Of a DNA stretch of 64,000 nt, positions 25,501 to 38,403 are shown in pieces. The notes below the pieces were generated by a model, which saw only the letters and a list, made by a program, of their open reading frames with translations, was not told where the DNA came from and made no database searches. The stretch lies in assembly GCA_000165425.1 (NCBI GenBank), contig CT868441.1, forward strand, positions 62,001-126,000. Direction: 5' to 3'. Both the position numbers and the translations under genes were made by a program. Origin of the DNA: Paramecium tetraurelia (lineage: Eukaryota). Numbering within the stretch: position 1 is the stretch's first letter; every line of letters begins with the position of its first letter.

Positions 25501-28500
25501 AATTGCAAGTGGGTGGCAAATCAATAGTCAAGACCTAAGATACGATCAATGGATTCGATTATTTTGATTATGGAACTGATTTCGTTCCAGGCAAAGTAAT
25601 ATTCAACTCTATAACTGCCTTCCCATCAAATTAATTGGAATATGCAAGCTACGAATTCACATTCATTTTAACAAACGAATTGCTGGCAGGAGGAGAAATT
25701 TCGATAACATTCCCCAAAGAATTTTATCCCAAACTTCCAATTCCTGAAGTAGATTGCAGATGCAATGTAACAGGAGCTTTGACATCATTTAAAAGTTGCA
25801 AATTGTGGGATTACACATACATAATGATAACAGATGAGAGATATCAGAGTGGTGAAATTACATTTTAAATCAACAATGTATTGAATCCATTGTCTGGGAA
25901 TGCTGGACTATTCACAATAACTAGCAAATATGATGGCACATTCTTAGATATATCCGATGATACCTTATAGACTGTTAGATAACTCTTCATCTCTCCTAAG
26001 TCTGAGCCAGTCTTAGTTCAAAGCATAGACTTTGCCCCTAGAAATGAAGGTGAAGAAGCCACGTACACCTTTTAATTTGTTCCGTCGACCTACATAGATT
26101 CTGCCTTCATTGTGTTGGAATTCCCTTAAAACTATGACACTCGATTGGGAAACACTGTGATTTGTAAGCCATATGATTGCATAGCTCAAAATCGATAAAT
26201 TTGGGTGAGTGGAGTCACCAATTATCTACCTTTAGGAACAGATCCAATCATTGTGATTGTTTCAGGCATTGTCAATCCCAACTAAAATGTTAACGATCAA
26301 TGGACTGGCTACTTCGGAATTGGTGTCATCAAATAGAACACCTACAATTACATAGATTATAACTCTAAGGCTGGTAGACTCTAAGTTGTGTAAGCCCCAG
26401 GATGGTCCTATCTGTATAATGTCCTCCCTCAGAACCTATATTCAAGATGGAGCAATACATCATACATGTTCAATATGACCGCTTTGTTGTATGTGCCCAA
26501 GGAAAGCAGTTAAGGAAGCATCATCATTGATTTCCCTAAACAGTTTGATATTCCTGATGGTTCTAAAAAATGTGCAGTACATAAGTCTACATTCGCATAG
26601 AAATTGACATGTACTTCTTTGACGAATAGCATCACAATACAGGGAAATACAGAAGACAAGAATGGTATCATTACATTCAATGTCACTGACATTGCAAATC
26701 CTTCTGATGAAGTCACCATTGATTAAATTTTGGTGAAAACATACGATGGATTCAAGAAGTAGATTATTGAAAAATCATACAAAAATCTGGATCCATGGAC
26801 CTTTACTTACAAATTCCCAGGACCTTTGATTACCATCAATGACGACAGTGTGATTACTGTTGAAAGGGGAACTCAAACAAAAGATTTATGGTTTAAAGTT
26901 GCCTATCCTTGTGCTTTGGATTTAGTATTCACTCCAATCAGCGAGTTAACAATTGTTCCAAACAAGATCAAACTATCATTAACAGATATACAACAGAAAT
27001 TTAGAGTATCTGCATCTCAAACTCTACAGCCAGGAACATATTACATAACTTGGAAAGTAAGTGGAGAACTAGCTGATGTCCCGTACTATACTCCAGTTAA
27101 AAAAAGTACAGTAAAGGTGACGAACAACAAAAATATTAGAGTGAATGTACCTACTCTAAATGAAGTGCCAATTGGCGGTAATTCACTTGACACCTATGTA
27201 TCAGTAGACTATGCTCCTGATTTAGGCTTTGAGATTTTATTAACCTCTTTGAGCACAGCCTTAACCTTGGATAAGAGGAGTATGCAATTTGTAGCTGGTC
27301 AAAATAATGCCACTTTCAGGGTGAGTTGTAATAAAACTGAGTATCAAAAGGTATCAAGTAATAATCTCCAAATCTCATTGACATTAAGTGGGATTAATAA
27401 GGAGGTCTATTTGTTGACCTAAACTCGGATTGACATCACTATTATCTAAGAGGATTCAGAGCCTCCATTTATCACTGGATTGTTGAATGATCAAACTAGT
27501 TAAACTTAGACTAATATAATATTTAGTGTTGGGGAAATTGCCGTCGTGTACTATATGATTGCACTCTAAGGAACATAGCAACCATCCAACAAATAATTGC
27601 TTGATTTAGGTCCTGCATTGTATAATACTACTCAATCTCAATTTGGAAAGGTTTCGATTGGCAAAACCAACACAGCTACTGTAAGAATAAGGAATCTAAG
27701 AGCACAAACCAATTATGTAGTGTATGCCATAGCTGAGGATAGAAGTTCCTTGTTTAGCGATATCAAATCCCTCAAGTTTAATACTACCAATAGATTCAAT
27801 GCCAGTAGTGTCACACTTACCTTCAAATAGAGTTACTTAAATTAAGCCGAAAGGCAGAACATCATGAAGAAAATAGCTTTTGTGTTGTCCATGCCTCCTG
27901 CCAAAGTCATAGAGAAAACAACTTACACTACTTAAAGACTATTGTAATCTGTCTCAATTGGATTATCCATTTATTTGATCAGCATCCCAACTACTGAAAA
28001 CTTCCCTTCACCTTATAACATGGTCGCAATCCTTAACTCAAGATTAACCCAACTATCAAAACTAGTATCTAATCTTGATACCACAACCAAATTAGTGCCA
28101 TAGGACTTTTCACCTGTTTATCCATCCTTTATGACCAAACCTTCTTAAGTTAGTTCTGATTTCACTACCTGCACTGTCCAAGGCACTCTTGATATGGTTG
28201 GGGCACTATTTGTCATTTCTGTCTAGGCCGCTTAGGATACTGCTTCTCCCTTGGCTTAATAAGTATGGTGGGGATATAATAGTTAAAATCTAGTTATGCC
28301 AGCCAATTGGGCTCAAGTAACCGTTCCAAATCAAGCCTATCAAATCATAATCGAGAACCTCACTTTAGACACTGATTACAATGTGTAAGTTATTGTATGT
28401 TTTATAAGGTAGTTATATGATTGCAGGTTCAGCACACCCTGGCTACCCAGACCTATCAACAGAAGAGAAGGCTGTGAATTTGGTTTCATGTAGAACCAAA

Positions 28501-28581
28501 GCTTAACAACCAGATACTATCTTGGATATCAATTGGGCTAAATTATTGATCATGAACATTTTAGTATTAATTACATTTTGA
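22528..28581 (+). CDS. Giant (~2000 aa) secreted, probably GPI-anchored surface protein with repeated Ig-like units and FN3-like domains
   Basis: Signal peptide MLILFLFTLCYAG; recurring Y.F.F.....LP.G..I.I.FP units; LRAQTNYVVYAIAED; C-terminus DINWAKLLIMNILVLITF*. Confidence 0.82.
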
Positions 28582-28838
28582 TCACAAAATACTTAATTAT
28601 ATTCAATTTACCTCAATTGTATATTTAAATAATTACAGTTTTTTCTTATATAAAAAGCTCAAAAAATACTATCATAAATTTTATATTCAAGTCATTTCGA
28701 TATAGATAATAGATGGAAGATGATGAAAAACAATATGCAACTATAATCCCCATTATTTCAATATAAGATATAAAAATCAAGCTTAAAAAAGTAATTGAAT
28801 GAATAATTAATTATTGGTTTTTCAATTTAAAAAAGTGA

Positions 28839-29312
28839 TTCTAAATTGCATTTTAATTAATTTCTTAAATTTTTGAAGTTTAATAAAATTATCTTAACAG
28901 TTCTGATTCTAATATCAGGCATTCCAATGAAAGATTAACGCTGAATTGTATCTAGATTAAACTTTAAATAAGTTGTGTGTAAGATAGTAACATTATAAAT
29001 AATCTACAATTGAAGAATACAATAATTACTAGATTTCCACGCCTTAACGCAATTCGGACCCATTAACTTTTTTTTTGCCCGAGATATAATGTAATACCTA
29101 TAAAATTTAAAGGGTAGAGTGAGCAGAATGATCTAGGATTGAAAATCACTTATTAATTCAAACGGTTATTTGAGATCTAAATTAAGTGCTTAAGGAATCT
29201 AATTGGAGAAGTATAATTTAGATTTTGTGAGTATGATAGGAATTGTCAAAAGGTTAAGACAAATATAATTAATGAAGATGTAAGGTAAGGCTGGTAGGAT
29301 AATTTTAAATGA
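28839..29312 (+). CDS. Possible hypothetical protein or pseudogene (5' end unresolved)
   Basis: About 158 TGA-free codons ending DVRQGWQDNFK*, but an in-frame TGA at 28836 and no in-frame ATG. Confidence 0.3.
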
Positions 29313-29395
29313 AACCCTATATATAGATATAATTGATTATACTACAATTTATGTTGTTAATTCTCTTTTTCTTATAAAATTAAAACACATTATAG

Positions 29396-31073
29396 ATGAA
29401 TTTACCAAAAATTTCATTTTTTGATGATCCTAAATCCTAATTGTGGATCAAGGAGGTTATTTAGATGTCGGATCCGATAATCAGTGGGACTTTGATAAGA
29501 AACTCAAAGAAAGGGACTTAGAAGGAGATCAACTACTTTGTATAGGATGGAAAGTTAGCGAACAACAAGAAATTCATAGATCTTTAGAATGTGACATTGG
29601 ATAAACTGAAGAATTACGGTTTCAAGTTGACCAGGAATCGGAAATCAGTAGAGTTGTTTGCCCACAATGAATAAGCACAAGTAGTGTGGTATGATTATCT
29701 GAAATCGTTTTGCATTTAAAGAGGGTTTAACAATGTGTACACAATAAACAAGCTGATAGGCAAGGGCAATTTCGCAAAGGTAATAAGTAAAGTGATATTT
29801 AAAAAGGTGTATAGTGCATAAAAAAAGAGTGATCAATCATAGTACGCTGTTAAGGCATTTGACAAGCTGAAATTTCAAGACATCCGAATCGATAAGGTAG
29901 AAATGAAGATTAACATATTATAAGCCTGCATTAATAAAGGAGTTATCCATAATGAGAAAGATGGATTTTCGAGGAGTGATCAAATTGTACGAGGTTTACG
30001 AAAATGACAATTACATTTTTTTGGTTTGTGAATTATTGGAAGGAGGAGAACTCTTCAATTAGATGAAGGGCAAAGCCTACGACGAAAAGACGGTGGCCAA
30101 CATCATGTACAGAATCCTGCAATCCATTGATTACATCCATTCTATTGGGGTGTTGCACAGAGACATTAAAGTATGCAATGAATGTAAGACTAGCCTGAAA
30201 ACCTCATCCTCCGATCTAAAGGAGACATGACCGACGTTGTGATAGCAGACTTCGGTCTAGCTGATTATTACAGTCCCTCTGGTGATTACATGTTCAAGCG
30301 TTGCGGTACTCCAGGATATGTTGCCCCAGAATTATTGCAAGATAAGATCTATGATTTCAAAGTGGACATCTTTAGTGCGGGAGTACTTATGTTCATCATG
30401 TTGACTGGTGCCTCTCCTTTTAAAGCCAAATCTTATGATGAGATTGTGATGAAGAACTACCATTGTCAGATCGAGTATAGTTTAATCAACAATCATCCTC
30501 TCAGCGAAGAGGCTATTCATTTGTTGAGAGCATTGCTTGAAAAGAATCCTGATCTCAGGATAAGCACAGAGTTGGCTCTTTAACATCAATGGTTTCAGAA
30601 GTAGGCCGACTATCAGTTGCATCTGTATTTATCGTTGTTCTCATAGGCTTTTAAAAGGGAAGAGAACCTACCTAGACACAAAAGAAATTCAGATCTGTAT
30701 GCCAGAACTCCACTTATGGGTTAGGAACTCAACCAATCATTGACATCCACTCCTTTGAGTGTGACACCTTAAATGAGGAGCAAATCAAATACTGCTGACA
30801 TAAACCGAGAAGACCAGAGTGGAAATACATTCAGATAACAGAGTTAGTCAGTCAAGGTTTAGAAACAAGAATGCATCTTAGAAGAGAATGATTATAATGT
30901 AAATGAAGAAGACGATATCCCTCGTAGTAATCAAATTAAGATGTATTAGATCTAACCAAAATTAAAAAAAAGTAGTCATTTTATAAATAACATTCATAGA
31001 TTAAGAAGAGCAATAGAAGTACAATGTTGATAATGCAAATAACATTCGTGGGTCACTTAAATAAGCTTTTTGA
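29396..31073 (+). CDS. Ser/Thr protein kinase (CAMK group) with PH-like N-terminus
   Basis: GKGNFAK, YAVK, HRDIK|PEN, DFG, CGTPGYVAPE; several short introns. Confidence 0.92.
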
Positions 31074-31570
31074 ATAATATATTAAATTTAAATAATTTTG
31101 TTATTCTTATATTGTTTTCTTCCAAAGAGCAATTACTTTTTAGGTTTATAATATTTACAAAATGTAGGATCCCATCATAATGGAATTCCAAAATTCACTA
31201 TTTTCTCTGATCTCTTCAATCGAATCATCTACCCAGCATGGTAAGCAAATCGAATCCCCCCATCATACTTACAATCTACTTATACAAGATTAATGAAGAT
31301 AATAATAATATCGAATGGAGATTGAATTATAAACTACTTAATTTAAAGGATCATTATATTTAAATTAATACCAATCATAAAGTGCATAAATTATTAAGGT
31401 TTACAATACTTCGTCTAGAATAGACTTATGAACCAAACTTAATCTAGAAGATGGGTGATTTGGTCATTGGGATTTAATAACTTCATTTAATTAAAGTAAA
31501 AATAATATCTAGAATATTCTTTGTTAACTACTTATATAATACACGAATTACAATTAAAATATATTTAGAG

Positions 31571-33457
31571 ATGAAATATTTCTTTTTGTTAGCTCTTGTT
31601 CTTGTTGTATTGTCAAGAGAATAAATTGAGGAAGTCGATGGGGTCCTACAACTTACAAGAAAAAATTTCTAATAAGCTGTTGACGAGAATTCAAGATTGC
31701 TAGTTAAATTCTATATTGACACTTGTGGATATTGGTATTCTTGTTTACTTAATATTAAATAGCAAAAAGATGAAGCCTGTCTTCATTCAATTGGCGGGAT
31801 TGTTGAAAGAATATGGATTTGTTTTGGGTGAAGTGAATGTTCATGAAAATAAAGCACTTAGCGCCAAAAATAATATTAAGTCATACCCAACACTCAAACT
31901 TTTCAAAAATGGTGTTGTTTAGGACTTTCCTAATTCATCAGATTCAGTTGAATTGCTATTTGAGTTTGCTCTCTAAAATGCTTACGATTAAATTACTAAA
32001 TTAAATACTCAGGATGAAGTACTTCAATATTCAATATGCTTAGATTGACCTCTTCTTGAAAAGAACCAATTTTGCAGTTCTCAAGTATGTGAATAACAAT
32101 GATGATTTATAAGAATTGGTAAATGAAAATCTAGGAATCAAATTTGGTATTGTTGAGAATCCAGAACTCCAACAAGCCCATCCTTCCAAATACACTTTGT
32201 ATCATAAGGAATTACCAGAACCACTTAATTACAATGGCGAAATCAATGGATTATTAGAATGGATTTTAAAGAATGGTTATCCTGAAGTTATCACATTAAC
32301 AGAGGAAGAATTTGTTAAAGCAGAAAGAGAAAAAATTTCCTTGATTGCAGTGGCTGATGTTAAAAATAGTCAGATACATGAACATTTTAAAACCTTGACA
32401 AAATAGTATAAAAACTAAATTCGTTTTGTCCTTATTGATCCAAATTCAAAACTCCCTAACAAAAGATTCCAGTATTTGATCAAAAAGAAAGCAGTTGCTA
32501 AGAATGCTATTTATTTTTACAATTACGAGTATTTCATTATTCTAAAATAGGACTAACAAAACAAATACCATTGAATTAGTAGGGGATTCATTAGAAACAT
32601 TAAAAAAGTTGATCGGAACTGTGATTATTGAATCATCAATTTAATAAGAAGCTAAACCTGTTGATTCTGGTGCCTTTTTCTAAGGAGATGGACAAGTCCA
32701 TGTTTTAACCACAGCAAATTTCAAACATTAAGTGTATGATAATCCAAATCATGTGTTTGTTAAAATTTACGCTCCATGGTGCGGTCATTGCAAGAAGTTA
32801 GCACCTGCCTATGAAGAATTAGCTTAATAATTGAATAGAAAGGATATAGTGATTGCTGAAGTTGATTTTACTGCAGATAGAATTGAAGGCATTGAGATTG
32901 AAGGTTATCCAACTTTACTCTTTTTCAAGACTGAAGGGGGCTAAAAGAAAAAGATAGAATTTAGTGGAGAGAGAACAGCTGAAGGGATGAAAAATTTCAT
33001 ATTGAAATCCTTAGACTCTGATTCTAAGTCTGAACCCGAGAGTTAATTAACTGAGGAATCTTAGGACGTGTAGGAAATTGATAGAGTTGATATTCCTAAT
33101 GAGGGATAAGTGATTTAATTGACAAGAGAAAATTTTGAACATTTTGTATTGAGAAGCAAATAGGATGTTTTCGTGAAATTTTATGCTCCTTGGTGTGGAC
33201 ACTGTAAGGCTATGGCAGCAGATTATGTCAAATTAGCAGAAGAATACAAGGATAGCAAAAATGTGTTGATTGCTGAAATCGATGCCACAGCTTATAAAAT
33301 ACCAATTGTTGAGGTCAAAGGATTCCCCACTTTGGTGCTATTCAAAAAGGGAAATGTAAGAGTAAAACAAGTTAAATTCAGTGGTAAGAGAAGTGCTTAA
33401 GGGATGAAAACATTTATAGAAGAAAATGGAAGTTTTGCTTAAAAGAAGGATTTATGA
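31571..33457 (+). CDS. Protein disulfide isomerase family protein with three CxxC domains
   Basis: Signal peptide; TCGYC (split by an intron), two APWCGHCK motifs; ER-retention-like C-terminus KKDL*. Confidence 0.92.
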
Positions 33458-33548
33458 TTCATAAATTTATTATATTATGAGAGTTAAGTTATTGTAGTGA
33501 CGTACATATTTCTATTAAAAATTGAAGAGATTTGACTCTCCTAAGAAA

Positions 33549-34774
33549 TCATTAAATATTTTATATTTTTTTTATCAATCTCCCTTTCCACGGTTTCTGC
33601 TAGATCTCTTTGACAGTTATTTATTTACCCTCGTAATCCATTTGTTTAGTTGTTAAATATTATCCTTGATAAGCACTACATTAAAGAATCTCCTCTGGTT
33701 TAACGAATACTCTAATGGGTTTTTAGTTCTTCTAAATGAAGGATTCTTAGTAGATAGAACGCAATTGATTTGGATATATTTTTGCAAAGGTTTAGCTATT
33801 GAATATATGGTAGTTGTACTGAAATTATTTTTACTTGATGTCGTCAGCCGTTGGCTAGTTCTCGTCTTTGACCTTCCAAATGAATTGATTTCTATAATTA
33901 GTTCTTGTCATTAGATTTGCTTTGACAGTGGTTCGAAATTGCGGAGCCTTAAAAATATTGGTATTATAGTCCTTCCAATTGATGAATGTGAGCAAGACTA
34001 TTGAATGAAAATTCGTACATTGTTAGTAGTTTGTCCAGTGGGTAAATTGTGAGATTCATACATAGACTTGGCAGCTGTTCTTGGTCGATCTGATGGTATC
34101 CATTTGTAATTATCTCTCTATGTAGAATTGAATTACATGGATGCAACTGGCAAGCCGATATTGTCATAATGAGACTACGTTATGATTGGAGTAAAGCATT
34201 TATTTTATTTGGGTACATAATCGAACCTATTAGAAGTGACCATGCCATATGCATAGTTCAATTCTAGTTTCTTTTTGTATTGACAGATGCATTTGTTGCA
34301 GGTGCATTTAGCACAGGCACATTAAGCAAAGATATGGCAGAGATACGACTGATTGTCTTCTACATATTGTTCGATGTCTGGGATGTCCTTTAAGTCTTCC
34401 TTGAAGATCTGTTTGAACTTCTACTCATCGCAGTAATCCAGCCAATCGAAATCGATTTCAAAGCAAAGAGGTTGAGTAGTCGTTGAAGATTAATGTGATA
34501 CAGCGGATTTGGGTGGAGCTGCAATATCCAAGTTGCTCAAGTTTAACTTATCTATGAAGGTGTTTTTTAATTGTTCTGGCATCTTATTTGGTTTTATTAT
34601 TCCTCCGTCTTTCTTGCTCTTGTAACATTTCTTTAATTGAGGTTTTTGTAACAGACTAGTTGCTCTGTTTCGTAGTTCCTTTTCATTTAGCACATCGCTA
34701 AACCCAGACGACTTGGTCATCCTAGCTTGTTCTATTTCTCTTCCAATCGATACATATGTAGATTTTTTTGACAT
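33549..34774 (-). CDS. Cys-cluster / STOP(SAXO)-like microtubule-associated protein (tentative)
   Basis: Cys cluster CACAKCTCNKCIC followed by short ST...DY-type repeats (STQRDNYK, TTKQMDYEG). Confidence 0.55.
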
Positions 34775-34801
34775 TTTTTATTATTAATTATTTCCACCTT
34801 A

Positions 34802-35671
34802 ATGAACAACAACATGAACCAATTTTGCAGAGTTAATTGGCCCAAAGGGCTCAAATCATTCAAATCAAAGTCCATTCGTTTAAGTTAGGAAGTAGTCTCC
34901 TATCTCAAAGAGGATGGCATACTCTTAAATGATGTCTGGAAAAGGCCACCACTATAGGATAATGGAACAAAGCGTTTTCCTGAATTGGAATAGCTGGTTA
35001 ATGAAATCTTGGATGACTTCGAAAGTGTATTCATTAAGTTGAATTGGAGGGCTCCTCTTGATTGTTAGAACACTTTTTAAGATATGTGCTTTTAAGATTT
35101 GTATGATATCATGATGGCTCTTAAATATTCCGGAGTGATCATGGAAATGATTGAGGATTATGATGAATAAGTCATCGATCAAAATCATCCAGAGAAATGC
35201 TAATTAGTTGCATAACCATCCCAAGGATATTTATTGGAATTAAAAAAATACTATAAATTGAGACCGAATGCAGAATTCAGATGCTTTGTTAAGAATAAAA
35301 AATTGATAGGCATCTCCTAAAAAAATCTGTACTTGATTACTGAAGACGAGAGTGTCAAAGACAAAATATAAAATTATTTCAATAAGATAGTTGATTTGAT
35401 TGAAATTGACAATTATGTCTTAGATGTTTATATTGACATCCCACCAAAAGAAAATATCATTCTGGTCGATTTGAATCCCTGGTAAGAACACACCAGACCG
35501 AAATTGTTCACCTATGAAGAGTTGGATATATTTTAAGAATGCCAATTACGATTAGTTAAGAATAAAGATATGATAGTTTAAGAAGATTACAGTGGATATA
35601 GAGAATCTGTAGACATAGAGACTCTAATTTAATAGCAATAGTAGGAAAAACAACAATTATAATAATAATGA
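34802..35671 (+). CDS. CDC123: Cell division cycle protein 123 (D123, ATP-grasp)
   Basis: YLKEDGILL, VFIKLNWRAPLD, EFRCFVKNKKLIGISQ, YVLDVYI, LVDLNPW; intronless. Confidence 0.88.
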
Positions 35672-35719
35672 GTTTGAAATAATTTATATATTTTTGTACA
35701 ATACAAAATTAGACGATCA

Positions 35720-38122
35720 TCATTCGGAATATAACCATCCTGTTTTGCAAAATGTTTCAGCAAGAACTAGTGACAAAATAGCCATCAGCTTAATAAGAAT
35801 GTTCAATGATGGTCCTGATGTATCTTTAAGGGGATCACCAACAGTATCACCTAATTGTTTAGTCATTTAAATTACCAATAACAGCAGCCTTATGTTCATC
35901 TGATCCCTTCTTCTTCACTTCTCCTGCATCGTTCTTATAGAATCCAGCTTCGATGTATTTCTTAGCATTATCCCATGCTCCTCCTGTGTTTGATGCTGAA
36001 ATGGCCATCTAAACTCCACTGATCAAAGCTCCTGGTAAGAGACCAGCAACTGCCTGAGGTCCGAAGAATAATCCAACAGCTGTGGGAGTCACAATAACCT
36101 AATTCTAGAACAATTTAAATACCAATAGACCTGGTGGAATCATCTCCTTTAATGAAGCCTTGGTTGAGATAGCAATGCATGCTCTGAAATCTGGTTCTTC
36201 TGTTCCGGCATAAATTCCTGGATGCTCGTGTAATTACCTTCTCACTTCCTCGACCATCTATAAGGCAGCCTTTCCGACTGACTTCATTGTGAAGGCAGAG
36301 AATGCATATGGTAACATCGCACCAATCAACAACATGGCAAAGATTATTGGGTCATCAATCTTGGCTCCTTCAGAGTAAGGATATTCACCATCCTTGTTTT
36401 TGTATGTTTAGATTCTAGTCAAATAACCTCCATAAAGTGACAATGAGACTAATGCAGCAGATCCAATAGCGAATCCTTTTCCAATGGCAGCAGTTGTATT
36501 ACCAGCTGCATCTAAAGCATCAGTTGATGTTCTAACGTCTTCTCCCAATTCACTCATTTCTGCAATACCTCCTGCATTATCAGAAATTGGTCCATAAGCA
36601 TCAATTGCCAATCCGATAGTCAAATTGGATAACATTCCTAGAGCGGCTAAGGCAACTCCATAGAAAGATAACAATTTCATAGACAACAATGCTGTGACGG
36701 CTATGGAAATGATTGGAACAATGGTAGATAAATAACCCAAGGCTAATCCGTAAATGATATTAGTAGCTGCTCCTGTTCCGCATGCTTTAGCGACTTCTCT
36801 TACTGGAGTATATGAATGTGATGTCATATATTCGGTGAAGTAACCAATCAACAATCCTGACCACACTGAAGAAATAATTGAATTAATTACATCCCATCAA
36901 AGAGCAAACAAATGCGTGCCATGGTTTAAGATTTTCCAATTAGGTTGTTCCATCTGCCTAAATCATTACGTAATCTGCTGGTAAAGCCCAATAAGAAATG
37001 CCGATAATGATTGGTGACAAGGCAACAGTTGATAATAAGAGTTATTATTTGAGAGTTGATTCAATCTTATGAATATCAGTGACTTTCTGAATGAATACTG
37101 CATATCCAGAGACCAAAATGCATATTCCAATACCAAAAGCAGATACCATCAATGGATACATCAATTATCCTATGGAAATATTAAGAACTCCTTCATCAAT
37201 AGCTCTAAGTTAAGTTGATGAAACGACCAAAGCAGCACAAGTTGATTCTGCAAATGATCCGAATAAGTCTGCTCCCATACCTGCAATATCTCCTACATTA
37301 TCTCCCACATTATCTGCAATGGTGGCTGGATTCTACCGATATTTTATTATTATACCTTTGGACTGTCTTCTGGTAAATTCTTTTCGACTTTTCCTACTAA
37401 ATCAGCTCCGACGTCAGCAGCTTTGGTGTAGATACCTCCACCAACTCTACCAAATAATGCAAATGTTGATCCTCCTAATCCATAAGCAGCCACATAATCA
37501 AACATTGAAATCAAGGTATCAAGATCTCCTTCCTCAACCAATACGGAATTATAGATGATGATGATTAGAGAGAGAATTGACAATGAAATTGACACTAAGA
37601 GGAATCCCATGACGCATCCACCTCTGTAGGCCATCTAAATTATTTTGTGTCAATATATACCTAAAAGGCATCTGATAAGGATCTAATGGCACAAAATGCT
37701 GTTCTGAAATTTGCTGCTGTTGCTATAGCCATACCCAAATAGCCACAAAGCATAGATGTAGCTGCTCCCAAAACGAAGGCCAATGTGGACCAGGGTGAAA
37801 CAAACTAAAATATTACACTAATATATATACAATCAAGGCCACAGCCATTATTGCTATAAACACACTGCAATCTGTGTACTCCTCTTTCAAAAAGGCTTGG
37901 GCACCCTTATAATTAAATTACAATTGTTACTTCAGAAATATGTTCTCCAATTTCCAATAGTGTTTCGATTTTCTCTTATTCTGCTCCCTATAATTTTTCT
38001 GTCAATCCTTCATGTTTGTGATGAATTTCTATTTTATGAACTGCTATCCAATTGAAAATGGCCCATGCAATTCCACAACCGCAGGCTATAAAAATCAAAA
38101 CGAGTGCTGTTACAAACTCCAT
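35720..38122 (-). CDS. Membrane H+-translocating pyrophosphatase (K+-dependent type)
   Basis: [76 protein letters not shown]. Confidence 0.97.
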
Positions 38123-38403
38123 TAATAATTTAATGTTTAAAAATAAAATCTTGAAATTGCGCAAGAATAAATACAAAAAATTTTTCACTAAATCCTCATA
38201 GTGCGTAATAGTTTAATTAATTTAGTGTATTATTTGATTTTATTTAATTATCCTTCAATACTTATTAACCCATTAATAAACCAAAAATTAATATGAAAAT
38301 GTATACTTTTGATTTACTCAAATAATAATTCGGATATAATTATTTAAAGAAATTTTATAACTCCTAATAATTAATAATTAATCGAATATTTAACTTCTGT
38401 TGC

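Noticed and set aside
29057..29318. GACCCAT motif ~55 nt upstream of an AGGGT...ACCCT-bounded segment, suggesting an snRNA-type ncRNA gene
   Set aside because: No telomerase template, Sm site, U3, SRP or RNase P/MRP boxes recognised, and the region lies in a ~158-codon open frame; a covariance-model search would be needed
31162..31480. Short coding-like stretch between the kinase and PDI genes
   Set aside because: Only ~45 codons before a TGA and no recognisable motif
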